DNA of 64,000 bases from Eubacteriales bacterium (lineage in GTDB: Bacteria; Bacillota; Clostridia; Oscillospirales; CAG-382), in contig JAZQKV010000116.1 of the NCBI GenBank assembly GCA_045542335.1, positions 1,433-65,432 on the forward strand, read 5' to 3'. A program made the position numbers and the translations under genes. Of the stretch, positions 1 through 9,900 are shown one piece after another (the first letter of the stretch is position 1; each line of letters starts with the position of its first letter). The notes below the pieces were generated by a model. The model worked only from the letters and a program-made list of their open reading frames with translations, searched no databases and was not told the DNA's origin.

Positions 1-92
1 TATCAATCCGGCTGTATAACACGTTTTTTCCGTCTTCCTTACCGTCATTTAACATCGGCTGCGCACTTTTTATTTTTAAGGAGGTTTCACTT

Positions 93-797
93 ATGAAACG
101 TGAACACAGCAAAAAAGTTATGGCAATAGTTGCAGGAGTCCTTGCAATTATGATTGTCGCTGGCACATCTGTTATTGCCGCAAGTAAAAAAAGAACAGAA
201 ACCATTGATGTCCATTACAACGATATTAAGATTGTTGTTGATGGAGTGACAATCAATCCGACAGATGTAAACGGAAACATTGTTGAGCCTTTCATTTACA
301 ACGGAACTACATATCTTCCCGTAAGAGCTGTCGGAAATGCTTTTGGCAAATATGTTGATTGGGACGGCGTAAATAAGGTTGTGTACCTTGGCGCAATCCC
401 GGGACAAAGCGAAAACTGGATGAGTCAATGTAAACCGTATCAGTACACTTCCGGAGATGAGCATTTGTTTGCTGATAATAAACACTTTATAATGTCAGGA
501 AAAAAATACTCGGATGGATTCCTTTTAGGATGGAATAATCCTGAAGCATTGTTTAACCTTGATGGAAAATACAACAAGTTAAGCTTTTCAGTCGGTCATA
601 TTGATAACACAGATAACGATAATTGCACTTTGGAGATATGGCTTGATGGAAAAATTGCTTTTACAACAGAGTTGAAATACGATGACGTTGCAAAAAAAGT
701 ATCAATTCCTTTGAATGGGGCTCTCCAGATGAAAATAAAGCTTACTGATAAAGATTATTATGCACAGTATGGCTTCTCCGAAGGAAAATTTGAATAA
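93..797 (+). CDS. membrane-anchored or secreted protein with a copper-amine-oxidase N-terminal-like stalk domain and an NPCBM-like beta-sandwich
   Basis: AAGGAGG RBS about 8 nt upstream. N-terminal hydrophobic segment VMAIVAGVLAIMIVAG. YNGTTYLPVRAVGNAFG motif is typical of the stalk domain. C-terminal GKY..SFSVGHID..LEIWLDGK pattern. Confidence 0.5.
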   Translation: MKREHSKKVMAIVAGVLAIMIVAGTSVIAASKKRTETIDVHYNDIKIVVDGVTINPTDVNGNIVEPFIYNGTTYLPVRAVGNAFGKYVDWDGVNKVVYLGAIPGQSENWMSQCKPYQYTSGDEHLFADNKHFIMSGKKYSDGFLLGWNNPEALFNLDGKYNKLSFSVGHIDNTDNDNCTLEIWLDGKIAFTTELKYDDVAKKVSIPLNGALQMKIKLTDKDYYAQYGFSEGKFE

Positions 798-823
798 GAA
801 ACCAAAGGGAAAGGGTTTATACC

Positions 824-1123
824 ATGAAGCAAAGCGAAATTGAAGAAGCTGCAAGGCACAGAGAAACAATGGAACAACTCTCACGTATTGAAAGCGAACT
901 TAGGAACAGAAAATTCACAGAGGACAACAGATACTACAGAGAGTATAATGAGAGAAAAGCTGAGGAAGCAAGATATTCAACGTCGTCAGAGCCGGGATTT
1001 TTGGAAACGTTTTTCGCTAATCATTGGCTTTTAATTGTAGGTATCTTATTGTTTTTCGGGTGTTTTGGTTGGGTCATAAACATTGTTGTTGGCATTATAC
1101 AGCTATTAACCGGCAACCTTTGA
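824..1123 (+). CDS. hypothetical small protein with a charged N-terminus and a C-terminal TM segment
   Basis: ORF with a C-terminal hydrophobic stretch (WLLIVGILLFFGCFGWVINIVVGII), followed by a hairpin terminator. No recognisable family. Confidence 0.4.
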   Translation: MKQSEIEEAARHRETMEQLSRIESELRNRKFTEDNRYYREYNERKAEEARYSTSSEPGFLETFFANHWLLIVGILLFFGCFGWVINIVVGIIQLLTGNL

Positions 1124-1149
1124 AATAACAACTATTTATTCTTATATTT

Positions 1150-1186
1150 GAAGAAGTCGTCCACAAAAGGACGGCTTCTTTTTTAT
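1150..1186 (+). terminator. rho-independent terminator
   Basis: GAAGAAGTCGTCC / GGACGGCTTCTT stem followed by a T-run. Confidence 0.6.
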
Positions 1187-1459
1187 CATAACACTCCATT
1201 ATAAAGCTTTTGGGGGATTCCAAAGGGGGACTTTTCGAGAAAAGTCCCCCTTTGGCAGGGCGTGGGACGGATTCCCACAAAAACACGCCATTTTTCCGAC
1301 AGCTTTCGCAGAGAAAATGCGTTATAATCAAATGGAATTGCTTTCCTTTTTGACCAAAAAACTCAAAAGAATCAAAAAATCAAAGAAAATCAATGATATT
1401 TGAAGAAAATCGTTGATTTTGCCACCAAAATCAGGCATAAACAGGCATAATCAGGCGAG

Positions 1460-1492
1460 TTTGACTTTTATTGACTTTGACTTTCTTTGACC
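1460..1492 (-). promoter_or_regulatory. two tandem CtsR boxes in minus orientation, overlapping the -35
   Basis: Reverse complement reads GGTCAAAGAAAGTCAAA (1476-1492) and AGTCAATAAAAGTCAAA (1460-1476). CtsR consensus is (A/G)GTCAAANAN(A/G)GTCAAA. Confidence 0.7.
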
Positions 1493-1505
1493 TTTGTGAT
1501 ATAAT
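1477..1505 (+). promoter_or_regulatory. sigma-A type promoter of the ctsR operon
   Basis: TTGACT (1477-1482), 17-bp spacer, TATAAT (1500-1505). Confidence 0.65.
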
Positions 1506-1515
1506 ATGCTCGCAA

Positions 1516-1532
1516 GGTCAGAGAAGGTCAAA
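1516..1532 (+). promoter_or_regulatory. CtsR box just downstream of the -10
   Basis: GGTCAGAGAAGGTCAAA matches the CtsR heptad direct-repeat consensus. Confidence 0.7.
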
Positions 1533-1674
1533 CTGCAAAGAGATTCTACACATAGGCAATTGACTTTTCGGACGGACGAAAGTCGCAATAGCTTCACACT
1601 CCCGTCCGACTGTGCCTTGACCAAAAGAAGAACTAAAACAGCTAAATAAAATCCCATTGAAAGGATGATGAAAA

Positions 1675-2136
1675 ATGCTGATGTCCGAAAGAATTGCAAG
1701 AATGATTGAGGAAATGCTCAACGAGGGCGGCGGCACGCTTGAACTCAAAAGAAACGAACTTGCCACAAGGGTCGGTTGCGTACCAAGCCAGATAAACTAT
1801 GTTATCACCTCTCGCTTTGGTAAGGATAGAGGCTATATTGTTGAAAGCAGACGTGGTGGCGGAGGTTATGTCCGCATAACAAAGCTTAAGATGGATAGAT
1901 CAACTTATTTGTGCCATCTTCTTGGAGCAATTGGCGATAGCATCTCCGACACAGATGCGGCATCAATTCTTGTGGCTCTTGCTTCCAATGATTTTATTAC
2001 ACGGCGTGAGCAAATGATTCTCGGTGCGTGCATCTCGCAGACAGCTCTTGAAAAGGTGAACGGCGAGCAGAATAAAGCTATTTTAAGAGCTGATATTCTT
2101 AAAGCGGCGGTGTTCGCAATTATTCAGGCAAGCTGA
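1675..2136 (+). CDS. ctsR: CtsR, transcriptional repressor of class III stress genes
   Basis: N-terminus MSERIARMIEEML...CVPSQINYVITSRF...GYIVESRRGGGGYVRI is diagnostic of CtsR. It is the first gene of a ctsR-mcsA-mcsB-clpC arrangement. Confidence 0.95.
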   Translation: MLMSERIARMIEEMLNEGGGTLELKRNELATRVGCVPSQINYVITSRFGKDRGYIVESRRGGGGYVRITKLKMDRSTYLCHLLGAIGDSISDTDAASILVALASNDFITRREQMILGACISQTALEKVNGEQNKAILRADILKAAVFAIIQAS

Positions 2137-2170
2137 TTTATAATTATACATTGATTTTGATAAGGAAAGG

Positions 2171-2779
2171 ATGAATAATATGTTGTGCGATAAATGTAAG
2201 GCTAAGGAAGCGGTTTTCCACTATAAAGTTTCAAATAACGGCAAAACAACCGAAACTCATCTCTGCGGAGAATGTGCAGCGTCGGTTGGGATTTCAACAG
2301 ATACCCTTTTCGGCTCGGCAAATGCGTCCCCTTTTTCGGGAGCAGGAATTTTTTCTGATGATGACGTTTTCGGAAGCATTTTTGGCGGAATTATGGGAAA
2401 GGCTCTTCACGCAGGCTCGGGTGCTTCTGGACTTAAAGCTCCTAAAAGACTTGTCTGCCCATCGTGCGGCATGACGGAAAATGAGCTTTCTTCCACGGGA
2501 AAACTTGGATGCGCTGTGTGCTGTAAAACCTTTGCAAAAATCCTTGAGCCAACAGTTGCGAAAATTCACGGTAACGTTGCTCACACAGGAAAAGCTCCAA
2601 AGGGATTTTCTGTACATCTTGAAAAGAAAAACGAAATTGAATCGCTTAAAAAACAGCTTTCTTCCGCAATTGAGGCACAGGAATATGAACAGGCGGCAAA
2701 GCTTCGTGACAGGATAAGAGAGCTTGAGGGTATGCAGGAATTTGGTAAAGATAATAACAATCGGGGAGGTGCAAAGTAA
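2171..2779 (+). CDS. mcsA: McsA, the zinc-finger/UVR-domain activator of McsB
   Basis: CDKC..CGEC and CPSC..CAVC zinc-finger pairs plus a C-terminal UVR motif (EYEQAAKLRDRIRELE). The real start is more likely ATG 2180, with a GGAAAGGA RBS 9 nt upstream. Confidence 0.85.
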   Translation: MNNMLCDKCKAKEAVFHYKVSNNGKTTETHLCGECAASVGISTDTLFGSANASPFSGAGIFSDDDVFGSIFGGIMGKALHAGSGASGLKAPKRLVCPSCGMTENELSSTGKLGCAVCCKTFAKILEPTVAKIHGNVAHTGKAPKGFSVHLEKKNEIESLKKQLSSAIEAQEYEQAAKLRDRIRELEGMQEFGKDNNNRGGAK

Positions 2780-3804
2780 TGAAATGGTATCAGACGGAGA
2801 TTTCTCCGGACAGCATTGTTATAAGCTCCCGTGTCAGACTTGCAAGGAATCTTGAGAATTATCCTTTTCCTCATAAGCTTGACAACATTGGACGTGAAAA
2901 GGTTATTTCAGAGGTTCGCACGGCACTTGACAAGTTTTCCGACGAGGATTTTGTTTACACAGAGCTTTCCGAAAGAACTCCCGGAGAAAATGCGGTACTT
3001 TCAGAGGACCACATTATAAGCCGTGAGTTTTGCGATATGCCGAAAAGTGTAAAACGCACTCTTGCGGCATCGGAAAACGGAAGTATTGCCATTATGATTG
3101 GCGAAGAAGACCATTTGAGAATACAGAGTATTCTTCCGGGACTTGCAGTTGAAAAGGCATTTGAAAAGGCAAACAAAATTGATGATGTGATTTCCGAGGG
3201 AGTGGCGTATGCTTATGATGAAAAACTTGGTTATCTCACAAGCTGCCCCACCAATATGGGAACAGGTCTCAGAGCATCGGTTATGCTTCATTTGCCTGCA
3301 ATTAAGGAATGTGGCTACCTCAAATCTGTAATCATCCTTATGACTAAAATCGGTCTGACGGTAAGAGGACTTTACGGCGAGGGAAGCGAGGCACAGGGTT
3401 GCCTTTATCAGATTTCAAATCAGATTACCCTTGGCATTTCTGAAAAGGACACCATTGAAAAGCTTACGGATGCTGTGGCAAAAATCGTTGACAAGGAAAC
3501 CGAGCTTCGTTCAAAGCTTAAAAGTGCCGGCGGAATTGCTTTTGAAGACAGGCTGTGGAGAGCTTATGGCACACTTACGAGCGCAAGACGTATGAGCTTT
3601 TCCGAGTTTGTCGGATTGTGGTCGGACGTCAGACTTGGTGTTGCTTGCGGAATTATCACAGCAGAGGGCTTGAGAAATAAGAATCTGACATCACTGCTTA
3701 TAAGCGCAATGCCGGCTCATATTATTGAGATTTCGCCTGAGGCAAAGGATGCCGCAAAGAGGGATGAGCTTCGTGCAACACTCCTTAGAAGCTTTTTCAG
3801 TTGA
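2779..3804 (+). CDS. mcsB: McsB protein-arginine kinase (ATP:guanido phosphotransferase family)
   Basis: EEDHLRIQ and CPTNMGTGLRASVMLHLPA motifs. The start overlaps the mcsA stop (ATGA). Confidence 0.95.
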   Translation: MKWYQTEISPDSIVISSRVRLARNLENYPFPHKLDNIGREKVISEVRTALDKFSDEDFVYTELSERTPGENAVLSEDHIISREFCDMPKSVKRTLAASENGSIAIMIGEEDHLRIQSILPGLAVEKAFEKANKIDDVISEGVAYAYDEKLGYLTSCPTNMGTGLRASVMLHLPAIKECGYLKSVIILMTKIGLTVRGLYGEGSEAQGCLYQISNQITLGISEKDTIEKLTDAVAKIVDKETELRSKLKSAGGIAFEDRLWRAYGTLTSARRMSFSEFVGLWSDVRLGVACGIITAEGLRNKNLTSLLISAMPAHIIEISPEAKDAAKRDELRATLLRSFFS

Positions 3805-3850
3805 AAATTTTTATAACAAATACTAACCAACCTAAAGGGGGGTATCATAT

Positions 3851-6376
3851 ATGCTCAGATTTACAACAAATGCCGCCGCTGCAATAACGGCAGCGCAGAA
3901 CATTGCCGCAGAGCTTGGACACAATTATGTTGGAAGCGAACATTTGCTTCTCGGTCTTCTCAAAAGAGAGGATTCAATTGCCGCAAAGCTTCTTTGCGAA
4001 AATGGCGCAGACTTTGAGGCTGTTCATACGGTTGTCGTGAGCGAGGCGGGAAAGGGAGACAACGGAGCATCCGAAAGCCTTGCCGTGACACCAAAAACCA
4101 AAAGGATAATTGACATTTCGGCAAATATTGCCCATGCTATGAATCAAGGATATGTTGGAACAGAACATCTTCTCATGGCAATTCTCAAGGAGGATTGCGT
4201 GGCGAGAAACATTCTTATACGCCTTTCTGTTGACGTTGATGCTCTTTATTCAAAGGCAAGCGGTATTGCCGGAGGACCTGCAGATAATGCATCGGCAATG
4301 AGTGGAAGTGGTGCAGAGCCGTCGTTTGGCGCATATTCTGCCGGAGAAAAAAATATGGGTTCAAAGCAGCAACGAGGTGGTGGTAAAACGCCTACTCTTG
4401 ATAAATACGGCAATGATCTAACGAAATCTGCAAAAAACGGTGAACTTGACCCCGTTATCGGAAGAGAAAAGGAAACAGAGCGTGTTATACAGATTCTCTC
4501 AAGGAGAACAAAGAACAATCCTTGCCTCATTGGTGAGCCCGGCGTTGGAAAAACAGCGGTGGTTGAGGGACTTGCAAGACTTGTGGCGTCGGGAAATGTC
4601 CCCGAAACACTCAAGGACAAGAGGGTTGTTGCCCTTGACCTTTCCGGAATGATTGCAGGCGCAAAATACAGAGGCGAGTTTGAGGAACGCATTAAGAGCG
4701 TTATGCAGGAAATCAAGGAAGCCGGTGACGTCATCCTCTTTATCGACGAGATTCACACAATCATTGGCGCAGGTGCTGCAGAGGGGGCAATTGATGCCGC
4801 AAATATTCTCAAGCCTGCACTTGCAAGAGGCGAAATGCAGGTCATCGGAGCAACGACCATTGACGAATTCAGAAAACACATTGAAAAGGATGCCGCACTT
4901 GAAAGAAGATTCGGGTCTGTAATGGTTGGAGAGCCCACGAAGGAACAGGCGGTGCTTATTCTCAAGGGACTTCGTGATAAGTATGAGGCGCACCACAAAA
5001 TTAAAATTACAGATGAAGCAATTGAGGCAGCGGTAAATATGTCTGTGCGCTATATTGCAGACAGATTCCTGCCCGACAAAGCGATCGACCTTATTGACGA
5101 AACTGCTTCAAGAAAACGTATCGGAGAAATAACCGAGCCTGAGGAAATACGCACAGCTGAGGAAAAACTCAAGGTTGTGAAAGAGCAAAAGGAAGAAGCT
5201 GTAAAGTCACAGGCGTTTGAAAAGGCAGCAGAATATCTCACTGAGGAGAAAAAGCTTTGCGCCGAGATTGAAAAGCTGAAAGGCGAATGGAAAAACGGCA
5301 AGGGCGGAATGCCTGAAATCGGCGAGGACGATATTGCCGAAACTGTTACAAGCATGACAGGAATCCCTGTTTCAAAGCTTGAGGGAGAGGAAACAGAAAA
5401 GCTTCTCAAGCTTGATGAGATTCTCAAGGGCAGGGTTATTGGACAGGACGAGGCGGTGTCCGTTATTGCAAGGGCAATAAGGAGAGGCAGAACGGGACTT
5501 AAAGACCCCAAACGTCCGCAGGGCTCTTTCATTTTCTGCGGCCCGACAGGTGTTGGCAAGACCGAGCTTTCAAAGGCTCTTGCAGATGCGCTTTTCGGCA
5601 ACGAAAATGCAATTATCCGCATTGATATGTCCGAATACATGGAAAAGCACAGCGTTTCCAAGCTCATCGGCTCTCCTCCCGGTTATGTGGGCTATGACGA
5701 AGCGGGACAGCTTACCGAGAAGATTCGCCGCACGCCCTATTCCGTTGTCCTTTTCGATGAGATAGAAAAGGCACATCCCGATGTGTTCAACATTCTTCTT
5801 CAGATTCTTGAGGATGGTCAGCTCACAGATTCTCATGGCAGAAAGGTTGATTTTAAAAACTCGGTTATAATCATGACTTCAAACCTTGGCTCATCCGATA
5901 TTGTTGAAAGACGTGCCCTTGGATTTGGAGGCTCGGATTCAGAGCAGGCAAAAAAGGATGACAGAGAGCGTGCAAAGGAAACCGTGATGACTGCATTGAA
6001 AAAGGCGTTCAGACCGGAGCTTCTCAACCGTATTGATGAAATTGTTGTGTTCAACAAGCTTTCCGACACGGATATTGCGGCAATTGCACGTCTTATGCTC
6101 CGTGAAATTTCCGCAAGGATTTCCGCACTTGGTATGGAAATTGAGTTTTCCAATGCTCTTTGCGCACGTCTTGCAAAGGCAGGCTTTGATCCCATTTATG
6201 GTGCAAGACCGCTTCGCCGCGCAATTCAGAGACGCATTGAAGATTCTTTCTCCACACAGCTTCTTGAGGGTAAATTCAAGGCAGGCGACAAAATTCTTGC
6301 CGATGTTGGCGAGGGAGAAGACGATGAAGTTGTTTACTCCATAAAGGGCAAGAAGGATAATCAATCCGAACAATAA
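3851..6376 (+). CDS. clpC: ClpC, an AAA+ ATPase with two nucleotide-binding domains
   Basis: Clp_N repeats, two Walker A motifs ([16 protein letters not shown]), a UVR-like middle domain, and its position as last gene of the ctsR operon. Confidence 0.95.
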   Translation: MLRFTTNAAAAITAAQNIAAELGHNYVGSEHLLLGLLKREDSIAAKLLCENGADFEAVHTVVVSEAGKGDNGASESLAVTPKTKRIIDISANIAHAMNQGYVGTEHLLMAILKEDCVARNILIRLSVDVDALYSKASGIAGGPADNASAMSGSGAEPSFGAYSAGEKNMGSKQQRGGGKTPTLDKYGNDLTKSAKNGELDPVIGREKETERVIQILSRRTKNNPCLIGEPGVGKTAVVEGLARLVASGNVPETLKDKRVVALDLSGMIAGAKYRGEFEERIKSVMQEIKEAGDVILFIDEIHTIIGAGAAEGAIDAANILKPALARGEMQVIGATTIDEFRKHIEKDAALERRFGSVMVGEPTKEQAVLILKGLRDKYEAHHKIKITDEAIEAAVNMSVRYIADRFLPDKAIDLIDETASRKRIGEITEPEEIRTAEEKLKVVKEQKEEAVKSQAFEKAAEYLTEEKKLCAEIEKLKGEWKNGKGGMPEIGEDDIAETVTSMTGIPVSKLEGEETEKLLKLDEILKGRVIGQDEAVSVIARAIRRGRTGLKDPKRPQGSFIFCGPTGVGKTELSKALADALFGNENAIIRIDMSEYMEKHSVSKLIGSPPGYVGYDEAGQLTEKIRRTPYSVVLFDEIEKAHPDVFNILLQILEDGQLTDSHGRKVDFKNSVIIMTSNLGSSDIVERRALGFGGSDSEQAKKDDRERAKETVMTALKKAFRPELLNRIDEIVVFNKLSDTDIAAIARLMLREISARISALGMEIEFSNALCARLAKAGFDPIYGARPLRRAIQRRIEDSFSTQLLEGKFKAGDKILADVGEGEDDEVVYSIKGKKDNQSEQ

Positions 6377-6406
6377 ATGTTTTGCTGAAGCTCAGAATAC
6401 AGAAAC

Positions 6407-6447
6407 AAAGGCGGTTGCCGTTATACGGCGACTGCCTTTGCATTTTA
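6407..6447 (+). terminator. rho-independent terminator after clpC
   Basis: AAAGGCGGTTGCCG / CGGCGACTGCCTTT stem, then GCATTTT. A second hairpin lies at about 6486-6530. Confidence 0.6.
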
Positions 6448-6533
6448 AACGGAAATGTATTGAAAAAGAAATGGTGTGATATAGAGAACGGTGATGAGGC
6501 TTGCAAAAACCTTATCACCGTGTTTTTGGGTTA

Positions 6534-8042
6534 TCATATTATAACACTTATATTCTCACAGAATTTGTTTTGATTAACAGTGTAACTATCGGGGGCAAGA
6601 GGGATACCATTTATAAAAATACTTTTAATGGTGATGTTTGACACCTGATGCTCGCTGTCATATCCTGAAAAATAAAAGCTTGTCTTTTTGTTTCCGTGAA
6701 TTTTTATGTTTTCAAAAAGTATATCGTGGTTTTTGCCACGTTTTGCACCGCCGGCAGAGTATTCCTCATGAAAGGACACGCCGACGTTTATGATTTCAGG
6801 GCAAAAATGCGGGTCGGGGTTTTCATATTTGTGATTGTCGGATTCCTGGATAACGGACATTGGAATGATGGGGTCAAGTTCAATGCTGATGTTTTTGTAT
6901 TCAACATCGTGAATGTCAGCATAGTCAACGTTCTGGCAACTGAGCACAGAACTTGTGACATGAATTATATGGCAATTTTCAAAGAGAATGTTGAATATTT
7001 CTTCGGCTCTTGTTTCTGCACCTATTTCAAGGCATTTTCCCCAGTCGTTCCATATGACACAGTCAGAAACACGGACATTTTTAAAAACATCATAGCTCTT
7101 TCCGTTGCAGTACATGGCATTGTGAACGGCTTTTTCAATATCGCCGTCATAAAAGCAGTCAAAACCTTTAACACAGATTGAGTCGTCAAATGTGCGCAAA
7201 AAGCAATTGCTTATTTCAACATCGACGCAGTTGTGCATATCAATTCCATCCGAATTATAACGCCAGCATCCGATTATTTTGACATTTTTTATGTTGAGGT
7301 TATGGCATCCGATTGGGCGGATATTATAGACAAGGGAGTCACGGATTGTTATACCCTCAATGGTTATGTTTGTGCAGTACTCAAACTGAATAGTATGAAG
7401 CCGTTGTGCATTTGGTATTGCAACAGAATTGTTCTTTTCGTTTGCCTCATAAAGAATTGTTTCCTTGTTTCGGCTGTTATCAAGGATTCCCCTGCCGACA
7501 ATTTTTATGTTTTCAGCATCAATTGCATGCACACAGGCATAGACAACGGCTCCTTCATCGATAAAAAGTGTCTGGTTGCTTTTTAACTCTATATGACCGA
7601 TGTCGTGTTCACCTTTGCCGAAATATAAGACGTTTTTGTCGACCTGAGAAATGGTGTAATTGGAAATGGGGTCGGCAAAAATGTGCAGGGCATTTGTTCT
7701 TCCATAAGGTTCAACAGTAAAATATGACGCTGTTGGGAGGGTGAAAATTATTTTCCCGTCTTTAACTTCGGGGGTTATTCCGAGTGTTGTGGGGCGTATA
7801 ACAACATTTTCAAAAGGCATTTTGGGCGTTATTTCAAAGGTCAGAGGCTCGTCAGTTTCAAGGGACAGGAAGTTTATAAGTTCTGTCTGATCAAGGCTTC
7901 TCTGATGTCCGGGCCAACGTCTGTTAAATGGAAATGCAGAAACTCGTGCGGTGTTGGCAGAAACGGAGACCCCATTGATTTTGATTTGATAGCCGTCATG
8001 TGAAAGATGTGTTGGGGTGATGGGATAAATTTTATAGCTCAT
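6534..8042 (-). CDS. GH28-like right-handed beta-helix glycoside hydrolase (polygalacturonase family), with no signal peptide
   Basis: NSDGIDM and FDDSICVKG motifs match the GH28 catalytic motifs NTDGxD and G(D)DxIxxK. Repetitive beta-helix pattern throughout. Confidence 0.7.
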   Translation of the reverse strand: MSYKIYPITPTHLSHDGYQIKINGVSVSANTARVSAFPFNRRWPGHQRSLDQTELINFLSLETDEPLTFEITPKMPFENVVIRPTTLGITPEVKDGKIIFTLPTASYFTVEPYGRTNALHIFADPISNYTISQVDKNVLYFGKGEHDIGHIELKSNQTLFIDEGAVVYACVHAIDAENIKIVGRGILDNSRNKETILYEANEKNNSVAIPNAQRLHTIQFEYCTNITIEGITIRDSLVYNIRPIGCHNLNIKNVKIIGCWRYNSDGIDMHNCVDVEISNCFLRTFDDSICVKGFDCFYDGDIEKAVHNAMYCNGKSYDVFKNVRVSDCVIWNDWGKCLEIGAETRAEEIFNILFENCHIIHVTSSVLSCQNVDYADIHDVEYKNISIELDPIIPMSVIQESDNHKYENPDPHFCPEIINVGVSFHEEYSAGGAKRGKNHDILFENIKIHGNKKTSFYFSGYDSEHQVSNITIKSIFINGIPLAPDSYTVNQNKFCENISVII

Positions 8043-8175
8043 ATTTAACCTCGCTGTTTAAACGTCATTGCAAAATGATTCTATCATAAAGGTTTGCGTT
8101 TGTCAAGAATAATTGATTCTTTATATAATAGGTTTTGATAATGAGCGAATTGCAAAGTTTTTTTACTCACAAATA

Positions 8176-8218
8176 AGTAAAAATGCTCAGCCGGAAACAA
8201 AATTGTATCAGGCTGAGC
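8176..8218 (-). terminator. rho-independent terminator
   Basis: GCTCAGCC / GGCTGAGC stem followed on the minus strand by ATTTTTA. Confidence 0.5.
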
Positions 8219-8226
8219 AGCATTGT

Positions 8227-8517
8227 TCATTTTGTTTGTGATATGTCGCAAAGCAAATTATAAATGCCATCCTCGGAAAGAACACCACGTTTCATTGTTT
8301 GCGGAACAAGGTGATTTTCATCGAAGCGGAAATCAGCTTGCCATTTGCCACTACAGTAATAACGTTCAAGCATTTTCAAGCTTTTTCTGATGGATTTTTC
8401 ACGAAGCTTTCCTGTTCGTGCCGCTTTTGAAATATGGTTGAAATGTTTTTCCATGCGTTTTATCCGCTTTATTGCTTTTTTTACAGAGGGAGTGAGTTTA
8501 AAAATATGTTTCGACAA
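8227..8517 (-). CDS. small hypothetical protein, DUF4298-like
   Basis: Sequence KRIKRMEKHFN...YYCSGKWQADF..DE. The best start is TTG 8517, with an AAGGAG RBS 9 nt upstream. The track ORF starting at 8571 lacks an RBS. Confidence 0.45.
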   Translation of the reverse strand: MSKHIFKLTPSVKKAIKRIKRMEKHFNHISKAARTGKLREKSIRKSLKMLERYYCSGKWQADFRFDENHLVPQTMKRGVLSEDGIYNLLCDISQTK

Positions 8518-8678
8518 TAGTTGTTGCTCCTTTGTGTCAAATCGCAGATACACACCAACATGATACCACAAAGACGGACAAAAGTCAACAATTTTTGTGT
8601 AAATGCCACCGCTTCACCATGTAATAAACCTACACCTGCTGACACATCAGACGGAGATTGTCACTCAAAAAGCCTTAT

Positions 8679-9836
8679 TCAGATACAGTATGCAATGACC
8701 GCTATTCTTTTTGCAGCCTCCGCCAAGGATTTTAAAACGGCATATTCACGGGTGGTGTGAATGTAGTTACCTTCGACACCGATTGAATCCACACAGGGAA
8801 TACCGTGTTCTGTCACGTCTGCGGCATCAGAGCCCCCAAGACTTTTTCTTGCTTTCAGCACATCAAGTCCTGTCTGCAAGTAAATCTCATTCATGCGATC
8901 AAATAAGGACGTGTTAGCGTCGGTTTTTTCCATGGCAGGACGGTAGCTGACTTGTTTCACACTGCATCTGCAACCCGGTACCGCACAGGTTTCTGAAACT
9001 TCTTTTATGTATTTCTCAATCCATCCCAATTCTTCACGAGTAGAAAACCTTATGTCTGCAACAAACGAGCAACAGCCCGGTACAGTGTTTGCCGCAGTTC
9101 CACCATTTATTGTTCCACAGTTGCAGGTTATTCCGTCCGCATCTTTCAGCTTTTCAAGCTGAATAATTTTGTATGCGGCATCCGCAATGGCACTTGCTCC
9201 TTCCGGACATCGTGATGAATGGATTTCCTTTCCGCAAATGTCAAACTGATAGCGTATAATACCCTTTCTCTCAAGCACCAGAGTGCCCCTCCTGCTGCTT
9301 TCACAGTTCAGAAATGCAACAGATCCTTCGGAGGTGCGACAAATGTGACGGATTGTCTCCTTGCCACTCAAACTGCTGTTGCATTCTTCGTCCGTCTGCA
9401 ACATAAGACGTACCGGTCGCTTTTTAAAATCACATCTGCTTAAAGCATCTATTGCAAGAAATGCGGCAACAACACCGCCTTTGCAGTCCATGACTCCCGG
9501 ACCATAGATGTTGTTCTCGTCAATCCTGACAGCCGGAGCGCCGAATGAGCCTACCGCATGAACAGTATCAATGTGTCCCGATAGGGTTATCGGAGACTCG
9601 GAGGAATCGTGATTCATCGTTATACAAACCACATTTCCGACAGAAGCTTGCTCGTACACTTCCACCTTCCAACCATGTTTTTCTGCCATTCTGATAAAAT
9701 ATGCGCCCACCTCGTCCACGCCATATTTGTATTCAGTCGGGCTTTCAAGATTACACACATCTTCCCAGACACGGACGTATTCTTCATATAATTCGTCGAT
9801 TGTATTGAACAGCTTTTCACATTTCATATATATCAC
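8679..9836 (-). CDS. M20 family metallopeptidase (carboxypeptidase G2 / acylase-like)
   Basis: LSGHIDTVH metal-ligand motif, GPGVMDCKGG, and the M20 dimerisation-domain layout. Confidence 0.8.
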   Translation of the reverse strand: MIYMKCEKLFNTIDELYEEYVRVWEDVCNLESPTEYKYGVDEVGAYFIRMAEKHGWKVEVYEQASVGNVVCITMNHDSSESPITLSGHIDTVHAVGSFGAPAVRIDENNIYGPGVMDCKGGVVAAFLAIDALSRCDFKKRPVRLMLQTDEECNSSLSGKETIRHICRTSEGSVAFLNCESSRRGTLVLERKGIIRYQFDICGKEIHSSRCPEGASAIADAAYKIIQLEKLKDADGITCNCGTINGGTAANTVPGCCSFVADIRFSTREELGWIEKYIKEVSETCAVPGCRCSVKQVSYRPAMEKTDANTSLFDRMNEIYLQTGLDVLKARKSLGGSDAADVTEHGIPCVDSIGVEGNYIHTTREYAVLKSLAEAAKRIAVIAYCI

Positions 9837-9900
9837 CGCATTAAATATTGTTTCTTTTTGAATTGAAGTTTTCTCGGCTTTGCTTGCTTTTTGTCAAGCT

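Noticed and set aside
3974-6373. Numerous antisense or alternate-frame track ORFs inside clpC (for example 4246-4734, 4499-4996, 5050-5667, 5939-6373)
   Set aside because: They are embedded in a gene with unambiguous ClpC homology over its whole length. They lack RBSs and have biased Ser/Pro/Ala or Cys/Asn/Phe composition, which is typical of shadow ORFs.
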